From: Mercenaria mercenaria
Taxonomy: Eukaryota
Length of the DNA stretch: 64,000 nucleotides
Assembly: GCF_021730395.1 (NCBI RefSeq)
Contig: NC_069369.1
Coordinates: 29,933,250-29,997,249 of the forward strand
Direction of reading: 5' to 3'
Shown: positions 35,430 to 46,870 of the stretch, piece after piece
Position numbering within the stretch: position 1 is the first letter of the stretch
Layout: every line of letters begins with the position of its first letter
Program-made: the position numbers and the translations under genes
The notes under the pieces: model-generated
Database searches by the model: none
What the model was told of the DNA's origin: nothing
The model's input: only the letters and a program-made list of their open reading frames with translations

Positions 35430-38338
35430 ACCACCCTTGTTACCCGGATAATACAAGATGATGTGATAACTCCAACATGCTATAAAATGGCCGATCAACT
35501 ATTTTGAAAATTTCACGTTTTTCGGTAAGTTGCTGTGGCTTGATAAGTGATTTTAACCCCCAGATGTTGCAAAAAGAACGAATGGCGATTTGTTTCCATG
35601 GAACTCAAACTATTTTACTGTATTTTTGTGAATACAATACACAATATGTTAAATAGTTTACAAAAACCATGTAAGTTTAGTTTGAAAAATCATAAACAAT
35701 ATTTAGAATTGTTTTACCCGCTTGTAATTCACTGTATGTATGACTACCATTTCATTATCTGTCATAGTTTACAGTAAGTTGTTTACTTTTGCCGTTTTAA
35801 TGTCAAAACCTTTTATATTGATCTATGTATGAAAAATGGATAATAGCCAAAAATGACCATGGATAACGCCCTATATGTGTTGTCCTTGAAAGTTGATAAT
35901 AGCCAATATTGATTTTTTTCATTGACATCCCATAACAGCTTGACCACTTTTGTGTGCGTGGACATGTTTTGATAAATTACTTGGTAAAAACATGATGATA
36001 TCAGCCTGTTAACATTTTTATGCTGGTAACAAGCACAGTGTGCAACTTGCACCTTCCTTGTTTCAAGTGCACATGTGCATAAGTATTATTTCCCCCGCTG
36101 TCCCTTTTTATCCCACGATCTCTATATTCCATATAAAGTACATACATGTATTTGATTGTCAACTACCTTTTATAATCACTAATAGCACAAACCCTGTTCA
36201 CATTCTGAATATCTAGGTGTACATAGTGGTACACCAAGACCTCTCTGATGAGAGACTGGCTGTGCTTATACGCCTTTCTACAAACCATACATTTATGAGG
36301 GTACTCATCAGTTGTTGAAACTTCAACAAAGGAGCCAACTCTACCTGTTCGTCAATGTTGTCTATTTCATCCATCTCTATTCTGGAATGAATACCTGTAA
36401 TTAAAGATGTGTACAAGTTTCAAGAAGTCTGAACCTTGTTTACTAGTTGACAAGCAATTATTTACAAAGAGCAATTTTAAGCGTGGTAAAAACTGAAACA
36501 AACCAAAATTGTTACATTCTGTTAAAAGTGCGACGACTGATAATGAAATGTTTCAAGAACTTCTGGTACTGACCACCTGTATAATACATTGCATTGAGTG
36601 TGCTACATCAATAAGTTACCACATTTCATACGTATACTTATCTAATATACAAAATTGTACCTTAAGAATAGAATATGCAAATATCAAACTAAACTTACAC
36701 GAAAAATAAACGCAACAATTACATTTCCTCACCATTTTGTTTTAAGAGCATACATCAATACTTACATTCCATATTTCGCTTCCATCTAAATGGCGCTGCA
36801 CAAAATGCTCGTGAACCTCGTGCTATTATACCACGAGGCGAATCAATAAAACTTTGCAGTGTATAATTCAACGCCAATTAGGCGTGACTTAACCGCTATT
36901 TTCGGTGTTTACCGCAGTATTGTTATGACCTTAAAGTGCAGACATGCCTCGATGCATAAAGTTGATCTATACATTGCCTCATTTACAAGGAGTATACTCA
37001 ACACCGATTTAATTCCTTATTCAAATACCAAGGCTAAATATGGCAGAGAGAAATCTAATTTTGGGACTTTTAACCGGTGGAATTTCACAGATACAATGTT
37101 TCAAAATGAAAAATTTCGACGTTAGTTGGACGTGTTAACATTACAGTAACAGCTGGTGACCGTCAACGTTCAGTTGCACCGCGTCTGACAAGCATACGTC
37201 AAGATAATATGATACGTCAACGACATTTACGTGACAGCTTTGTGACGTCGCAATTCACGTCACATGTTGTAATTGGAAATCCCAGACGACCAATTTACCG
37301 TGACGCAGTCATAAATTGTTTGCGTAAACGCGGGATTCATTTTCGTCGTCCAACTCGATGTAAGGCTCTTGTCATCGTCAAGAAAAGCAACGCTGGGCTC
37401 TAAATAACCGACGACGTCTGTGGGGAACTGTTGTATTAAGCGACGAATCAAGATTTAATCTCCATCACGCTGACGGATAGGTCAGAATATACAGACGCCG
37501 CAACGAACGTTTCGCAAATAACTGTGTGCGTGAGGTTTATCCGTACAATGGTGACAGAGTCATAGTATGGACAACAATAAATTCCACCTTCAAGACCACC
37601 CTTGTATAGTCTGTCATACAGAGAAATGGTGGCTATACGCGTTATTGACTGCACTGATGTTGAAGCATGGAAAGAAATATGATCTCAGACGATATTAATT
37701 TTTTGATGATATTTTTTTTCTGTTATGTTTACTTTGATTACACATATAAATTTGTATGGCTAAACATCAGTAGGTTATAAATATTGACTATTACAGTACT
37801 TGTTGCGTTTCTTTTTCGTGTCACTTTACAATGTTGACTATTATCCATATAACATTTTGGGCTTTATCTTCGAAATTTCTGCGAACACTTTGGTCAGTAT
37901 CCATCGACTTACACATATGCTTATATATTTGTAAATTTGGGTTATTTGATCTAAGATAAAAACTTCCTAATATGTTCATATCATTGTTTATATGTTAACT
38001 AAAAATTACAAAATAGCATTCATTACCGAAAGTCCATTAAATAAGGTTGACAACGGTTTAAATCGCCAAACTCGTTCTCAAAAGCAAAATGTAAACATTG
38101 TTAAAGCGTTTCCAAAGTGAAAAATATGTCCGATATGCAAACTGTTTAGTGCAAATGGTACAGCTTGTAAACTATATTGAATCAGTTATAACACTTTAAA
38201 CGATGAGAATGAGTAATTAGAAAATATTGAAATAAACAATGTCCTTACCAAGTTTGACAGTTCATCCAGTTTGTAGCATGTTGGAGTTATCAAATCATCT
38301 TGTATTATCCGGGTAACAAGGGTGTTCAATGTGGTGAT
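35430..38338 (+). mobile_element. Tc1/mariner-like DNA transposon of about 2.9 kb with about 60-bp terminal inverted repeats, in IgSF intron 3
   Basis: Inverted repeats CACCCTTGTTACCCGGATAATACAAGATGAT.TGATAACTCCAACATGCTA at both ends. Encloses the decayed transposase at 37140-37700. Confidence 0.6.
37140..37700 (+). pseudogene. Decayed Tc1-family transposase
   Basis: ...CLRKRGIHFRRPTRCKALVIVKK... then LWGTVVLSDESRFNLHHADG*VRIYRRRNERFANNCVREVYPYNGDRVIVWTTIN. This is the W.VLFSDESKFNL...DGR..V.RR region of the DD34E core. In-frame stop and frameshifts present. Confidence 0.6.
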
Positions 38339-38497
38339 CTGACATATAATACAGGTCCTGCAACTATGTTTCGCCTTTCACAAAGTAATGTAACGTTCAT
38401 TCATTAAACGTCTTTGCTTTCCTTACGTGTTATACTCGCGTGTAAGACTACTAGTATATTTTCACAGGTAAACTATAACCTGTGCTTTAAATTGCAG

Positions 38498-38626
38498 CTA
38501 TTGAAGGTATTAAGGGACCTAAATTAATCATTAGAGATATCGAAAGGTATGCAAGTGACAACTACACCTGCATTGCCACAAACGAACACGGAACTGATGA
38601 GAGAGAAATAAAAGTGACAGTGGACT
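38498..38626 (+). CDS. IgSF gene (plus paralogue) exon 4, Ig domain 2 C-half
   Basis: Acceptor aattgcag, donor GGACT|GTAAGT. Encodes IEGIKGPKLIIRDIERYASDNYTCIATNEHGTDEREIKVTVD, an I-set-like ending. Confidence 0.6.
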
Positions 38627-38868
38627 GTAAGTTAGATCTCTATAAATTACTGAATGTTTCTTGATAAAGCAATACAATCTTCAAGCTTTTCAATTATTTC
38701 TATTCAATGCATATTCTTAATCGAAACTGCTGCTAGGTAGGTAAGAAATGAAGCCGGTTAAGTTTCGGAGCTATATTTGCCTATGATCCCTACCTCATAG
38801 AAATATAAGTTCAGAGCCAAGCAGTGTATATCATCATGTAGACAAAAACATTTTATTATTTATCTAAG

Positions 38869-39020
38869 TTGACCCCGAAGTAACTGTGATGGAGTCAGAG
38901 ATGTATGTTACCGGTGGGGAAATGGTGATAATGGGTTGTTCTGTCCAAGCGTCACCGTTGCAGGATGCTTTCTGGACAAACCATAGAGGTGACAGGGTAA
39001 AAAGCAACTGGAAATATAAG
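38869..39020 (+). CDS. IgSF gene (plus paralogue) exon 5, Ig domain 3 N-half
   Basis: Acceptor tctaag, donor AAG|GTAATG. Encodes DPEVTVMESEMYVTGGEMVIMGCSVQASPLQDAFWTNHRGDRVKSNWKYK. Overlaps track ORF 38886..39155. Confidence 0.6.
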
Positions 39021-40189
39021 GTAATGTTCATTCGAATGTATCACGATATAATACATGTTCCAAGGTTGTCAGTAAGTGTTTTATCCTACCACTATGCATT
39101 TATCAGGCCGATATCTGCCTGCCGTGTAAACTTGAGCTTTATACAGTCAATGTAGGTTTATACTGTCAATACAACTGACGGACTACGTTTTCAAGTATAT
39201 GTGCTATAGGCAATGTAAACTGGGCTGTGTTCGAAGCTCAAACATTTCCACCTCGTCTCCGAAAGGTTTATCCCCCCTCGGCAAGCCTCGGGTGGATAAA
39301 CCTTTCTCCAACTCGGTGGATAAACTTAAGTTAAGAAAGACAGTAACCTAATATTCTCTATATAGCGCGATTCATGGATTTGCAAGAAGTCCCAACGTAG
39401 TTTATATCCGTATAAACGCACAAAAATAGCATTCAATTATTATATTAACATTTTTACAGTAGCTTGCTACAAAAATAAGTGGTATGCTTTCCATGAGTAC
39501 GAGGAAATCAAAACATATATAATGTCAAAAAAGAAGAAAATCTTTTCAACACCCAAATAAAAAGCCGAAAAGCCAACTCACGTTAAATTGTAATTCACCT
39601 TCCGATAAAAATACAGTTCCTGATTTTTACTTGATATATCAATAAATCCAGTGATCTTTAAAGTGAGAAAAGTTAGTTTTAGCTATAATTTACTGTTATT
39701 TTTGAAATTTGATGTCCAATTTTGAAAGAATTTTTCGAACGACGCCATTTTACTCGTGTCTTTTTGATAATGACGTCGTATGGCGCTTCATATCATTACG
39801 CCAATGTTGTTTATACGAAAATAAACAATTTTTTCATTCCATACAAAATATATAGGGAATGTAAATATTTTAAAATGAGCTGTCAATTACGAAGTTCAAA
39901 TTCCAAGGTTTCAGTACAAGATAATTTACATGGGCGGATTGGCAACTGCATTCTTTGAACGTGACTTACCTGATGGACGTTTGATCTTATCTTTTAACAA
40001 GTTAGGTTGTTTTTGCTTTCCCGCATTTTGTCCTTTATGTATCCGTATAAAACATTGTATTATCAGTCTTACGAACCAATTTGTAACAGTTATTTTTATA
40101 CCTACATATTTAATATATATTAAATTCTTGCTGTTTCCATTTCAACCGTCCTAACGTATATTTGTTTTAAATATCTTTAATATATGAGC

Positions 40190-40420
40190 CGTGTCATGAA
40201 AAAACCAACATAGTGGGTTTGCGACCAGCATGTATCCAAACCAACCTGCGCATCCGCGCAGTCTGGTCCGGATCCATGCTGTTCGCTGACAGTGTCTCTA
40301 ATTGCAACAAGCTTTGAAAGCGAACAGCATGGATCCTGACCAGACTGCGCGGATGCGCAGGCTGGTCTGGATCCATGCTGGTCGCAAACCCACTATGTTG
40401 TTTTTCTCATGGCACGGCTC
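40190..40420. mobile_element. Foldback element with about 95-bp near-perfect inverted arms
   Basis: CCGTGTCATGAAAAAACCAACATAGTGGGTTTGCGACCAGCATG.ATCCA.ACCA.CCTGCGCATCCGCGCAG.CTGGTC.GGATCCATGCTGTTCGC, a 30-bp loop, then the reverse complement. Shares its core palindrome with the piggyBac-like MITE family. Ends 25 bp upstream of the last IgSF exon acceptor. Confidence 0.7.
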
Positions 40421-40445
40421 ATATATTTGCCTTATTTTCTTTCAG

Positions 40446-40613
40446 CTGACAGAAGAAAAGGAAACTGATCATTTTCCAGTGCGGTTTCTAGAGCTAATTA
40501 TCAAGAAAAACATAGTCAGTAAACAAGACGAAGGCAACTACACCTGTTATGGTGTGGGACAGAACAGTGAAAGCAAAGATGTTGTTATATTAAAAGTGAA
40601 AGATTTTGGCTGA
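40446..40613 (+). CDS. IgSF gene (plus paralogue) terminal exon, Ig domain 3 C-half plus stop
   Basis: Acceptor ttttctttcag. Encodes LTEEKETDHFPVRFLELIIKKNIVSKQDEGNYTCYGVGQNSESKDVVILKVKDFG*. No transmembrane segment, so the product is predicted secreted. Confidence 0.65.
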   Translation: MTEEKETDHFPVRFLELIIKKNIVSKQDEGNYTCYGVGQNSESKDVVILKVKDFG

Positions 40614-42009
40614 ATAATAATCTTGCTTTGTAGTTTGTGCTGTGTAATGTATAGAGTGCGTTTTTTGGAATAGTTATGGATGAATGTTACAAGATATAGG
40701 CAACATCTTTACTTGGAGTGAGAAAAGAAGATGGTTAAATAATTGTAAAATTAGTAAAATATGTGGAAACTATTGTATGTGCATTCAACATACTTTGTAT
40801 TTGTTAATAATTTCTGTATACTCTTATTTATTTTTGCTGAGTTGTGTTAAACAGAGGAACGCTCGTAAGTATAAACATGGACAATGAAAAGTCTGTGTAT
40901 ATGGTTACAGTTTAGAATGAAAATACACCAAATTGCAGGCGGAAGGATAGTTATTTACATTGTTGTTCGCATTTAATACATACGGAGTGCTGGCAGTTTA
41001 ATGAAAGTCAGTCTACTTGGATAGAAATTAAACACTACAAACCATTCTTACTTTGTTCAATTTACAGACTATAGTAGTTGCAACTTGACCGCGATGGTTG
41101 AACTTAGGCTGATTATTCATATCGATTATTTTATTGTAGAAATAAGGGGTGCTTAGGGTAGCCGTGTCTATTTATATGGAATTAGTTTGTATACAGTGCA
41201 GTATCAAAGTATGTATACTTACATTTGATCAGTTAAAACTTTCCAATACACTAATTTATATTTACACAAATTTATATTTCCATTTTCTCGTGAGCTCGTG
41301 TTTTTTTAACAAAATTTCCTTGACATGTACAATACTGTGTATATAAGTAGATAAGTTGATTCTGATTCGAACTGAATTGTTATTATTATTATGTTTGTAC
41401 ATGTATGATTAAACTAATGTCTTTGAATAAAAAATATGAAAAATAAATAAAATAAAAAAATAAAAACACAAAATATAATAAAAATGAAATAGCAAAAGAC
41501 TAAAAACAGAAAAAAGCTGAAAGAGATGAAATAAATTAAAAAAAAAACCCACAGGGCTCGAATCTATTACTCTATATATAACTTAACAAAAACAAGTACT
41601 TGAATTCAAGCGCTTACACCACTGCAGTAAATCTATATCACGATAAATCTACGTCAATTTTAAATTTATGAATGCAAAGAGATGAAGCGTTTTACGTACA
41701 CTCCTTTTCAATAATAGGTTGTGCCTCATTATGTATTGTAATACAAAGGTCAACCATCGGGGTCAAGTTGCGTCCACTATGTCATCAGCTAAAAGAAACT
41801 GGCACAACCTCTTTCAGTATATAGATTGATAAGCTATAAGTTGTATATTGTGTCCGACTTGAACACAACGTTTAATCTTGCAAATCATGTGATACACATT
41901 TGATGTATTTCAATGACAATGGACACCTATTCTTCAGCATTTTTCGAGGGTAAATGTTCATAAATAACAATTATTGCACAATTATAAAAATAACAAAGGC
42001 CATAACGAA

Positions 42010-42190
42010 TTATTTGTTAATGGCGCGCATGCCAACGCGAAATAGTGTTTCGTTACGTGGCGTTCTATGTTTAGTTATGTTTACACAAAACTTCCAAAAT
42101 TTCGTTTTGGAGCGTTGGCGCGTACGCCAGGATGACTCAACGAAATGTAATATAAAAATCGCGCGCGCGCCAACGCGACAAAACGAATTC
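42010..42190. repeat. Local GC-rich palindrome (GGCGCGCATGCCAACGCG ... CGCGTTGGCGCGCGCGCG)
   Basis: Direct read of inverted-complementary arms. No coding content. Confidence 0.5.
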
Positions 42191-43289
42191 TCATAAATTA
42201 GTCACCACAGATATCTATGTTCTTACGTTAGTTTGTGAAACTTTGGAACTTTTCAAAGTATTTGTTTTATACAATTTATTAGATAATCAATTTATTTTGT
42301 TTTTACGTCGCTCTTAATCACGGAACGCCAATTTCATGATTTTGATAAGAATATTTTGTTCTAAAGGTAACAAGTACTTTTGCAATATATGCATATGTAA
42401 AAAATTATTGAAATTCACCTATAATACCTCTCAGTTTTGGTACATATATATTATCGATAATGTTATATGCAGGTATATTTCAAAACTCTTAAGATTTTAA
42501 AACAAATTGTTGTGCAAAATCAGAAGCGGTTCTAAGATCTTATTTACAAACATAAGATCTGTAAAAAGATTTTGGAAGTATAGAATGCAACCAAGAAAAT
42601 AAATGGTAGATTAGGTTTGAGCAAGTCTGTTTGTGATAGGTTATGAAAAGTGCAATGACTCTCACGCCCCCTAGCACCGGCTTATGCTGAATTCTCTTAC
42701 ACCAATATTATCAAAAAGGACAAAAACTGCATTGCCTGCAATAAAGTGAAATATTTATGACATTGTTGTCATTTTGTTAAAATATCTACTGTTGTAACAG
42801 GATAAATTTACAGCGAGAAATAAAGTGATATTGCTCATGTAGTGTTAAGTCTTGTTATTGCTGATCTGGAAAAAATAATTTCTGACGTCAATAACGTCAG
42901 TGACGTGCGGCGATCTTCGTTACCAGGCTGTCTGTGCATGTTGATATATCGATAACTAAACAATTTTTATGATATTATCAGATATTATTGCAAACAAATT
43001 AAGGTACTTGGATAGGAATTTTGTGTTCTTTTCATTATACTTGTTTTAATGGCGGCAGTGACATTACTTTTGGATCAACTCTCGTATATGCGTCAAAGCA
43101 GGAGACATTTATCTAGAAATTTGAGAAAATCAAAGAAAACAACAACAACAACTGAGAACTGGCAGATGCACGACTGTGCTATCCTGATTTACAAATAACG
43201 TACATTAATTGTAGATGTACATGTTTTACTTTGCACTTAATGGAAATAAGATGGGTAGGGGGATTAAACTTGAGAAACCATTTTTCACT

Positions 43290-44860
43290 TAACAATATAG
43301 TGAGGTGGCAGTAATCTACAGCACTCACTTTAGACAAAGGAAACTGGGCCTTCTACAATCATATAACTCACTTTGAGGTGGCAGTAATCTACAGCGTTCA
43401 CTTTGGACAAAGCAAACTTGGCCTTCTACAAACATATAACTCACTTTGAGGTGGCAGTAATCTACAGCGGTCACTTTGGACAAAGCAAACTGAGCCTTCT
43501 ACAAACATATAACTCACTTTGAGGTGGCAGTAATCTACAGCGGTCACTTTGGACAAAGCAAACTGGGTCTTCTACAAACATATAACTCACTTTGAGGTGA
43601 CAGTAATCTACAGCGGTCACCTTGGACAAAGCAAACTGAGCCTTCTACAAACATATAACTCACTTTGAGGTGGCAGGAATCTACAGCCGTCACTTTGGAC
43701 CAAGTAAACTGGGCCTTCTACAAACATATAACTCACTTTGAGGTGGCAGTAATATACAGCGGTTACTTTGGACAAAGCAAACTCGGCCTTCTACAAACAT
43801 AAAATTAACTTTGAGGTGGCAGTTATCTACAGCCGTAACCTCGGGCAAAGCAAACTGGACGTTCTACAAACATATCACTCACGTTGAGGTGGCAGTAATC
43901 TACAGCCGTCACCTTGGACAAAGCAAACTGGACCTTCTACAAACATATCACTCACGTTGAGGTGGCAGTAATCTACAGCCGTCACTTTGGACAAACCAAA
44001 CTGGGCCTTCTGTATACATATAACTCACTTTGAGGTGGCAGTAATCTACAGCGGTCACTTTAGACAAAACAAACTGGGCCTTCTACAAACATATAACTCA
44101 CTTTGAGGTGGCAGTAATCTACAGCCGTCACTTTGGACAAACCAAACTGGGCCTTCTGTATACATACCACTCACGTTGAGGTGGCAGTAATCTACAACGA
44201 TCACTTTAGACAAAGCAAACTGGACCTTCTACAAACATATAACTCACTTTGAGGTGGCAGTAATCTACAGCCGTCACTTTGGACAAACCAAACTGGGCCT
44301 TCTGTATACATATCACTCACGTTGAGGTGGCAGTAATCTACAACGATCACTTTAGACAAAGCAAACTGGACCTTCTACAAACATATAACTCACTTTGAGG
44401 TGGCAGTAATCTACAGCCGTAACCTTGGACCAAGTAAACTGGGCCTTCTACTAACATATAACTCACTTGAGGTGGAAGTAGTATACAGCGGTCACTTTGG
44501 ACAAAGCAAACTGGACCTTCTACAAGCATATTATTCACTTTGAGGTGGCAGTAATCTACAGCCGTCACCTTGGACCAAGTAAACTGGGCCTTCTACAAAC
44601 ATATAACTCACTATTGAGGTGGCAGTAATCTACAGCCGTCACCTTGGACCAAGTAAACTGGGCCTTCTACAAACATATGACTCACTTTGAGGTGGCAGTA
44701 ATCTACAGCGGTCACTTTGGACAAAGCAAACTGGGCCTTCTACATACATATAACTCACTTTGACGTAGCAGTAATTTACAGCCGTCACCTTGGACCAAAA
44801 GAACTGGACCTTCTTCTAACATATAACTCACTTGAGGTGGCAGTTATCTACAGCGATAAG
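43290..44860. repeat. Minisatellite, 60-bp unit x about 26, with 180-bp higher-order sub-blocks at 44050-44400
   Basis: Unit CTACAGCSGTCACTTTGGACAAAGCAAACTGGGCCTTCTACAAACATATAACTCACTTTGAGGTGGCAGTAAT. The track ORF 44347..44568 is produced by it. Confidence 0.9.
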
Positions 44861-45231
44861 TCCGAACTAAGCAACTGAGCTTTATACAAATCTTTAATAC
44901 TAAGTAATTTACAAGATTCATCTTCGACCAAGCAACATGATATTTATACAAAAGTATATGCTCAAAAAATGAATAAAAAATTTAAAAAGGGAATAGATAA
45001 TCTGAACAAAACAAAACAAATTGAATAAAATAACAAATTTTGAAGAAATCACATTGAATATTAAGCTTCGCCGTTAAACACTTCCGCTGTACTTTACTGC
45101 CTTTAGCTACCCAATAACATCAGTACTGTCTTTAGCTCTAACCTTCACGGAGAATACTTGTGATCAAGTAGCGAAATGAGCAATAATACGGTGGGGAGGT
45201 CGCTATAAACCCGAAAAGTTGAGGTTGCAAA

Positions 45232-45665
45232 TTCAAATTGTAAAGTAATCATGTAGAAAACAAAGTAGTTTTCATTAAATATTATCACCTCTACTCTGTG
45301 TATGAAGTATGAATCAGTGGAAACTTAAAACATTTTATTGGTACAAACCGCTGTCCCGATTCCAAAATAATTTCACACAAATGATCCTTGGTAGACTCCC
45401 TACCAGTAATCATCAAAGCGTTCTGACTTGGCCAAAGCATGGGTTTGGCAAATGGCAAATTCAAATTGTAAAAGAATCATCTAGAAAACAAAGAAGTTTT
45501 CATTAAATATTATCACCTTTTACTCTGTGTATGAAGTGGAAACTTTAAAAACCTTATTGGCCCAAACCGCTGTCCCGATTCCGAAATAATTTCACACAAA
45601 TGATCTTTGGGAGACTCCCTACCAGTAATCTTCAAAGCGTTCTGACTTTGCCAAAGCATGGCTAT
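45232..45665. repeat. Tandem duplication of about 215 bp x 2, with related diverged units of about 370 bp at 45900-46520
   Basis: Repeated ...TGTCCCGATTCCAAAATAATTTCACACAAATGATCCTTGGTAGACTCCCTACCAGTAATCATCAAAGCGTTCTGAC... Confidence 0.7.
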
Positions 45666-46639
45666 GGCAACTGTCTCTTTATATATTTTTTATATATATT
45701 GGAAACTTCAAACATCTTATTGCCATAAATTGTTGGTCCTTTTTAAAACTAATTTTACATGTTACAGTACATACTGGGATGACATGTTCCAGTTTTTGAT
45801 CAGGTCGGCGACCGATAATGCAAATATCGAGGAGGTAAAAGCAGAACCTAGCGACTCGTAGCGATTAAACTAGCATTGTGGGCTATGATATTTAAGAAGA
45901 TGGCCGCTAAGCTTAAGTAACGATATCCAAAAATATCTCCCCCAAAACCGTTTTTTTTTTCGATTTAGATATACATCTATTTTCACTTCATTTTCTTTCT
46001 CGGGTGACCATTTACCAAAGTTGTGCATATTGTTCTTATTTGTTAAAAGTATGCATATGACCAACAGAGTTAAAAGTAAAAATCGTTTGAAAGGCATCTC
46101 CTCCAAAAATCACTGCTCCAATTTGAAATAATTTCATACTGGCATAGAAAAATTCCTTGGGTGATCCTCTACCAAGACTGTTCAAACTATTCAATATATC
46201 AAGGGTTTAACGCAGAAGTGTCGTAATCTTTTCTTTAAATTCAATGAGTTTCGACAATTTTTCAGTTCAGCTCTTAACTTGTCAGAAACTTTCCACCAAA
46301 TTTTGAACATTTAATTTTACACAGATATGTTCCTTGGATGATACTCTTTCAAGATTGCAATGTCCCGATTTTATAATAATTTTATATAAACGAACCTTGG
46401 AAGAGTGTCCAAATTATCTACGAACCATTTTCTTGAACCTGCTAGGAATGTGCATACTATTCTTATTTGATAAAAAAACATGACCAACAGAGTTTAAATA
46501 AGATAAATCTTCAGAACGCAACGTAAATAGTGTACATGAGCTTCTTTGTAATATTATTTCTGTTCTTTAAATGTTGCAACTGCGTATTATAATAATGCTA
46601 AAATATACCAACCGTGACGAGCCGTATGTAAAATAAATG

Positions 46640-46870
46640 ACAACAAGTTCATTGTATCTGGTGGCTAGTGGTTTAGTGGTAACCCGCTTGTCCGAAGCTC
46701 GGCCCAGACACTGGAATTTCTGAGATACGAATGAGTGACTCCCACCAAACTAAGAGACCTGTACAAGTTCTTCCCAGGAAAGACGAATTCGCGTGTATCG
46801 GTGCTTAAGCACCGAGAACGTTAAAGAATCAGGCCGTTTATTTACAAACAGCAAGACCAAGTTAGCCGGA
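46640..46870 (+). mobile_element. Possible tRNA-derived SINE head (A-box-like TGGCTAGTGG / TTTAGTGGTAA)
   Basis: Only box-A resemblance and a 7-bp terminal complementarity. I could not fold a cloverleaf, so this is not called as a tRNA gene. Confidence 0.2.

Noticed and set aside
40302-40445. The 5' part of track ORF 40302..40613 (MQQALKANSMDPDQTARMRRL...) as coding
   Set aside because: It is read-through of the foldback arm. The real exon begins at the acceptor at 40446.
43290-44860. CRISPR-like regular repeat array
   Set aside because: Units are contiguous 60-bp copies with no unique spacers. This is a minisatellite with higher-order structure.
46640-46715. A tRNA gene
   Set aside because: Only an A-box-like motif and a 7-bp end complementarity. 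No convincing D, anticodon or T arms.
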